This document shows, one piece after another, positions 58,261 to 64,000 of a DNA stretch of 64,000 nt. Below the pieces are notes generated by a model. The model made no database searches, was not told the DNA's origin, and saw nothing but the letters and a program-made list of their open reading frames with translations. The stretch's first letter is position 1, and every line of letters starts with the position of its first letter. Origin of the DNA: Bigelowiella natans CCMP2755 (lineage: Eukaryota > Protista > Cercozoa); contig ADNK01000879.1 of the NCBI GenBank assembly GCA_000320545.1, positions 21,063-85,062 on the forward strand, written 5' to 3'. Position numbers and translations under genes: made by a program.

Positions 58261-59169
58261 CTGCGACACGTACATCACATCACATTGTCTATTATCCCGA
58301 GGCAGGCTTGGGTGAATGAAACGAAGAGTGGAGAGCATTCCAAATCTTCTGCGCTCACCAACTAGCCAAGCAATTCGAACGACTTTGCACATGCAACAAT
58401 GCGACGCACCGCACGCTAGCATGCAACATCACAGACAGGCTAGGCAGGCCTTCCAAGTAAGCCACTTCCGACCTCCCAGTAGCCCAACTAGCCAACTCAT
58501 TTTCGTTCGCGCGAGAAATTGAATTTCAGTGCGAAAATTGCAGATTTAGGCGAGTGGCTGATGAATGTGCCACATCACATCCACTCTAGCACTGCGCATG
58601 CAGACACAGAACTAGCTAGCCAGATAAATTACACACAACATCTACATCATGGCAATCGCCGCGCCCGCAGGACCAGGTACGTAGCGGGATGCATGTTCGA
58701 TCATTAAAACGTTCTCATGTCTAGGCGGTGACAAGCGCATCGCATTGCAGCGCATGCTAGCTTGTAGTGCTGGTCCAGATGCACGATGCAAGGCATATGT
58801 CTAGATATCTAGACATAGCTTGCGAACGCGTTTCATGCTAGCTAGGGATTCAATAATGCGGTGGATCAACAATTAAAATGCTAAATTTTTATGTATACGA
58901 ACATCCAAGGAGGACAAGTACATCTAGGCATAGCTAGAACCGTATAGCTCTATGAAATTATCAGATGCAACAGCAAATAATAATGGCCGCTGCGCGTGGA
59001 TCATATCTAAGAAATTATCGGTCCTTAGCAATGCCAACTTCGATTGCCATTTTATTCCAGAGCTCGCACTCGCGGTCCACCGCAGCTGCAGAAACGTCCT
59101 CGTTCTCGAATCTACACAGTGTCATATTACACACCAAATTTAACAGGAGTGCCGATAGAATGAATAAGA

Positions 59170-60990
59170 CACTAACGATGACGACAGCAGCGGACAGAGA
59201 AAAGCAGCCATTTCCTTTGTGATACGGTCAGAAAAAGAGATTCTAGCTTGGAGAAGCTCTCACTCAACACTATTACTAACAATCATCATCATCATAATCA
59301 TCATCATCATCATCATCATCATCATACCCGGCTGTGAGGTCCATCGGCGTCCTGGAGCTTTCTCCGGTGACTCTCCGAAAGAAACGAGCAAAGTCCTGTA
59401 TCTTTCTATCCGTCTGATGGCAGATTCATTAAATAGGAGAATACGAGAGTAAGAAGTAAAGTAGAGTTGCGGCGGTCGCGGCAGCTTCTTGCATACAGGA
59501 GAAGAAACAAGCACTGTTTGAAACAATTCACAGAGTGGAGAAAACCATCATTTCTAATACCACTCTTCTCCTTGCATGCAGTTGCTACAAAGCAAAAGAG
59601 AGAGAGAGAGAGAGAGAGAGATTAGATCCCCTCTCTTCGCTTTACAAATCCCCACTATTTTGTTGTTGATGTTTTCTTTTTCTCACTGTACTCTACTGTA
59701 CTGTGCTGTACCTCCGCTGTGACGACGGAAGAGGGGGGCCTTGAAGCGATAGTAGCAGTTGTGGTGGTAGCAGGAGTAATTTTTGAGGTATTTCTAGCAG
59801 TAGATGACAGTGATGACAACGACGACGACGACGATATGGGAGCACTGCTGCTGTTATTCGCAGCAATAGCAGAGGCGGAAGATGCTGTTGTGGTGGCAGA
59901 AACTATCGACGTTGTCGTCGTTGTTGTTCTAGAGGCCGTCTTCGTAGGTAATGATGCCGTCTTATTATTCCCCACCGCTACTGTTGCAGCTGTCAGCGTT
60001 GGCGTTGGTGTTGTGGTTGTCGTCGAGATCTTCTTCTTCGTGCCAATTGAGGGCTGATGATGGTGTGAATGAAGGAGGCCATGGTGGTGAAGATGGGGTT
60101 AAGTCAAAACAAGGTGATGATGATGATGATGATGATGATGATGGGGTTGAGTAAAAATAAGTTGATGATCGACTACCTGCTGGTTGAAGAGCATAATGGG
60201 AGTCCTGTCCAGCTGCACAACCAAAAACAGAATGATCAATATTGTTGTTTTGTTATTGTTGTTGATGATCATGATGATGAGGACGACATTCGTGGAAGAT
60301 GGATGGATGGCAGCGTACGGGGAGAAGGAGGAGTAGGAGTAGGAGTAGGAGGAGGAGGAGGAGCAGGAGAGGGGAAGTGCGAAGAATCATGGATGTGACG
60401 GACGGGGACAACGAGAACACACCACATGGCATGCGTGTTGTCCCCATGAAAAGAATAACCAACAACCGAGGATAGGAGGAGGAGGAGGAGGAGAACTTAT
60501 AAAAAGAAGAAGAAGAAGAAATAGCGGGAAAAGACAGCAACTACCCTGCCTACTACTACCAATACTACAATATATACCAGCACCTTTAGCCGCCGTTTTT
60601 TGGTGGAAGGGGCGCTTCCCTTAGTCGTCGTTGTTGTTGTTGTCGTCGTCGTCGTCGTCATCGCCACCGCTGGGAGTCTCATTGCTGGCCGCTTCTTCTT
60701 TTGCTCTCCCACCTTTAGACACACACACACACACACACACACATACACACACAGGTTATATATATGTTTGTGAGTGTGTGGAACATTTCCATATTATATA
60801 TCATCATCATCATCATCATCATCATCCTCATCATCGTGATCTTCTTCTTCTTCGTGCTGATGTACAACCTTGGTAGTCTTAGAAGCGGTGGTGTTGGTGG
60901 TGGTGGCGGTGGTAGGGGAGGGGGCATTAGTGGCGGTAGTGGCATCGGTGACGGCGGCAGCAACAGGAGTATTCTTAGTATTGGATGATA

Positions 60991-61022
<32 letters not shown>

Positions 61023-62440
61023 GATGATATCGTAGAGACTTTGGATTTCTTTCGAACGGCCATGGAGGTAGGAGGGGTCTCTGGGGGCAAAGAACCTCTG
61101 GTATATTATCATCATACAAATATCATTGATTCACTGGATATTTCTATTGTTTTGCACGTCGTTTAGGAAGGGGAAGAGGGGGGGGGGACAGAGCTTTCTC
61201 TAATCTACCGCATATTGTTGTTGCTGCTGCTAGCATTCTTCCTCTTCATTCCTTGGGCCTTGTTCTTCGCCACTATTGCTGTTGCTGGTGCTGGTGCTGC
61301 TCCCTTCTTCGCCAAGGTGGGGGGTTTCTTGAGATCCAAGCTGCTGGCCGATGATGATGATGATGGGGTGGTGGAAGAAGTCAGGTTGCTTGCAGCAGTC
61401 GTACTATTCACCAATGATGATGGAACTTGTGCTATTGAGGATGCTGCAGCTGTTCCTCCTTTTGCTGCTGCTGCTACTGGTGCTGTTATTGTTGTTGGTG
61501 CTACTGCTTTGGTTTGTTTTTTCAACGCCTTTTGTGCAGCCACGGCCTGCTGTTGCTGCTTCTTCTTTCTCATTGCCTCTAGCTTTCTCTTCAATGTCCT
61601 GGTGAGACGATAAGAGGCACGAAGAAAGAGAAGAAGAAGAAGAAGAAGAAGATGGCAGTAACGAATGGTTTGGAAGGGGAAGGAAAGTGAAGGAGAGCAA
61701 AAGGGGTTAGAGATATGCGTTTATTATAGAGTTGTTGATGATATAATCTTAGACCCCTGATGCTGAAACGCATATTGTTGGACATGCAAGTGTGGGTGTG
61801 TTGTTTATCTTTCATATCGTTCGCTCTCTCCCTCCCTAGCTTCCCTCCCCTCCACCCTCTTCCGAATTGTAATTACAGGGCCTTGCTCCTCTTCTCCTCC
61901 TCCAGCTTCTTCTTCCTCTTTTCCTCCTCGAGTTTCTTTTTTAATAGTAACATCCTCTCGGTTTTTTTGGCTGCTGCTGCCTCTTTCTTCGTCTTGTTTA
62001 ACAGTAGCCGCTTCTTCTCAGCGAGCGCTTTTGCTGCTGCTGCTGCTGCTGTCTTTTTAGCCTTGAGTGCTGCATCCTGCTCCCTCTTCTTCTTTTTTCT
62101 CGCCACCTCCACGGCTGCTTTCTTGGCTGCTGCTGCTGCTGCTGCTGCCTTCTGCTCTGCCTCTTCATTTGCCTTCCTTGCCTCCTGAGAATGATGGATA
62201 GTGTGTTGTTGTTGTTGTTGTCGTTGCATTGTATTCGGTGGTTGTGGTGGTGGTGGTGGTAGAGATATGAGAACATAAAGGGGGGGGGGGAGCAGTCAAG
62301 GTGATTGAGGAGTTCGTCGATCTACGAGGGCACGTGTTGCGTCAGATCGGTAGAAGTGTGATATTATGTCTTCTTTGTTAGTTGATTTACTGACGATGGC
62401 TGCTGCGTATCTACCACCATCTTTTTCATCATACACCATG

Positions 62441-62478
<38 letters not shown>

Positions 62479-62556
62479 ATACACGACGACGACGACGACG
62501 ACAATATTTACCTTGAGCTCCTCCTGGAGATCCTCCTATAAATAGTAGCAACCAAC

Positions 62557-62590
<34 letters not shown>

Positions 62591-62656
62591 CGCCGATGAT
62601 GGATGGATATAAACCTTCATTCGTTCGTATGTATAGCAACCAATCAATCAAAACTG

Positions 62657-62697
<41 letters not shown>

Positions 62698-62766
62698 GTA
62701 TCTATCTATCTCTCTCGTCTGGTCGTCAGCGGATTGCTTCTCGTTCTCTTTATTTACTCATACTAT

Positions 62767-62799
<33 letters not shown>

Positions 62800-63126
62800 G
62801 AGGAGCTGCGGTGGTTTCTTCTTCTTCTTCTTCTCTATCTTTTGTTTGTTTGTAAGTAGCTAGCTTGTAAGACTCACCAGCGCCCACTCCCCCTCAACTT
62901 GGTAAAACTCTTTCTCTATCATCGCCCCACTGATGATGGATGATGGACAAGTAGGAGGGGGAGGAGGAAGAGGGGGCGTGTGAGTGTGTGTGAGAGAGGG
63001 GGAGAGAGAGAGAGGGAGGGAGAGAGAGAAAGAGAGAGATGTGCAATGACAGCATAGAAAGGAATCCCCTCCTAATAATCAGAATGGCTAGTACGCTCAC
63101 CATACGTAGCATGATGATATATATAC

Positions 63127-63157
<31 letters not shown>

Positions 63158-64000
63158 GGTGTGTGCTAGCTAGTGATGATGATCAAACGATGGGACAGAT
63201 GAAAAATGTGGAGTACGCGAGTTGTTTCTCCAGACTACTACTGAGTCGTCGACGAGATATCTGTCTCACCATTGTTACTACTACTACTACTACTACCCAT
63301 CTTTCATGAGCTCTTTAAGCTGTCTGAACATTCTCTCGCCTTTACTATTCTACAAACAACACAGAGAGGATCATAATTATTTATTCCCAAGCAAGGAAGA
63401 AGAATAAGAAGAAGAAGTCGAAGAAGAAGAAGAAGAAGAAGCAGCTTGGAGCCATGCCAAAAACAACAAACGTCAGACAAATTGGCAAGAGAAGAGAAAA
63501 AGAGAGTAAGAGAGAGATTAAGAATGGCAGGGGACTTCTTGCAAACGAAACATGATACACAGAGGTCGCTATCCATCATCGCAAAGATTCTTAGCTATTG
63601 CCTACTCTCTTTTCTTGCATGCAGCACATCACATATGCACTATTCACCCTGGTCTCCTTTTGTTGCTGATCCTGCTTCCCCCCTTGCGCACCACTCTTAT
63701 CCGCCTTTTCCTTTATCATCAAGAGCGCATTATTACGAGAGGTGCACATTGGCTTGGATCATTTGATTCAGTAAGATAATGTTCTGATAGCATCTATAAA
63801 TCCATGACCCTTACACCATCATCATCATCATTATCATCACCACCGCCACCACCACATCATCAGCTATTTCTTGGGTTCTTGAAGACCTCTTCAACTGCAT
63901 GTAAATTTGTTGGCATCGTTGTCGTCGATACTGCGTTTTGATTCTTGCTGAGCAGCATTTGGGGGGGGGGTTACGTTGCTGTCTTTTTGCTTCTGTAGTT
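59170..64000 (-). CDS. Partial multi-exon hypothetical low-complexity / coiled-coil protein (5' end outside window)
   Basis: K/A/E-rich coiled-coil exon 61877-62185, A/T/S/K-rich exons 61205-61600 and 59700-60055, all bounded by plausible splice sites; no domain recognised; 3' end uncertain. Confidence 0.5.

Overview
Intron-rich, microsatellite-laden eukaryotic nuclear DNA with GT-AG introns and no rRNA, tRNA or CRISPR. Composition, CFAP299 and a signal-peptide-plus-RLRGG leader suggest a flagellated complex-plastid protist, possibly a chlorarachniophyte (inference only). About 12 genes lie mostly in alternating orientation: Der/EngA GTPase, dihydrolipoamide dehydrogenase, a multi-pass membrane protein, a PPEF-type EF-hand phosphatase, CFAP299, an EBP/EXPERA-like protein, a large RLRGG-leader hypothetical, an intronless tandem-Tudor plus EGLN/PHD-type prolyl hydroxylase, a small hypothetical, an IMPase/BPNT-family phosphatase, Exo70 and a partial low-complexity gene. 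There is also a 5'-truncated LINE relic. The strongest unexplained signal is a set of sharply bounded islands almost devoid of TpA (about 661-1720, 27255-27917, 30390-30745, 43410-43730). They lie mostly over repeat, TE or paralog relics, and many of the few surviving TpA sit in CTAG. Repeat-copy comparisons and Tyr-to-His/Cys patterns point to directional TpA-to-CpA/TpG (A:T to G:C) hypermutation, the reverse of fungal RIP. Exon boundaries and counts were read by eye and are approximate.
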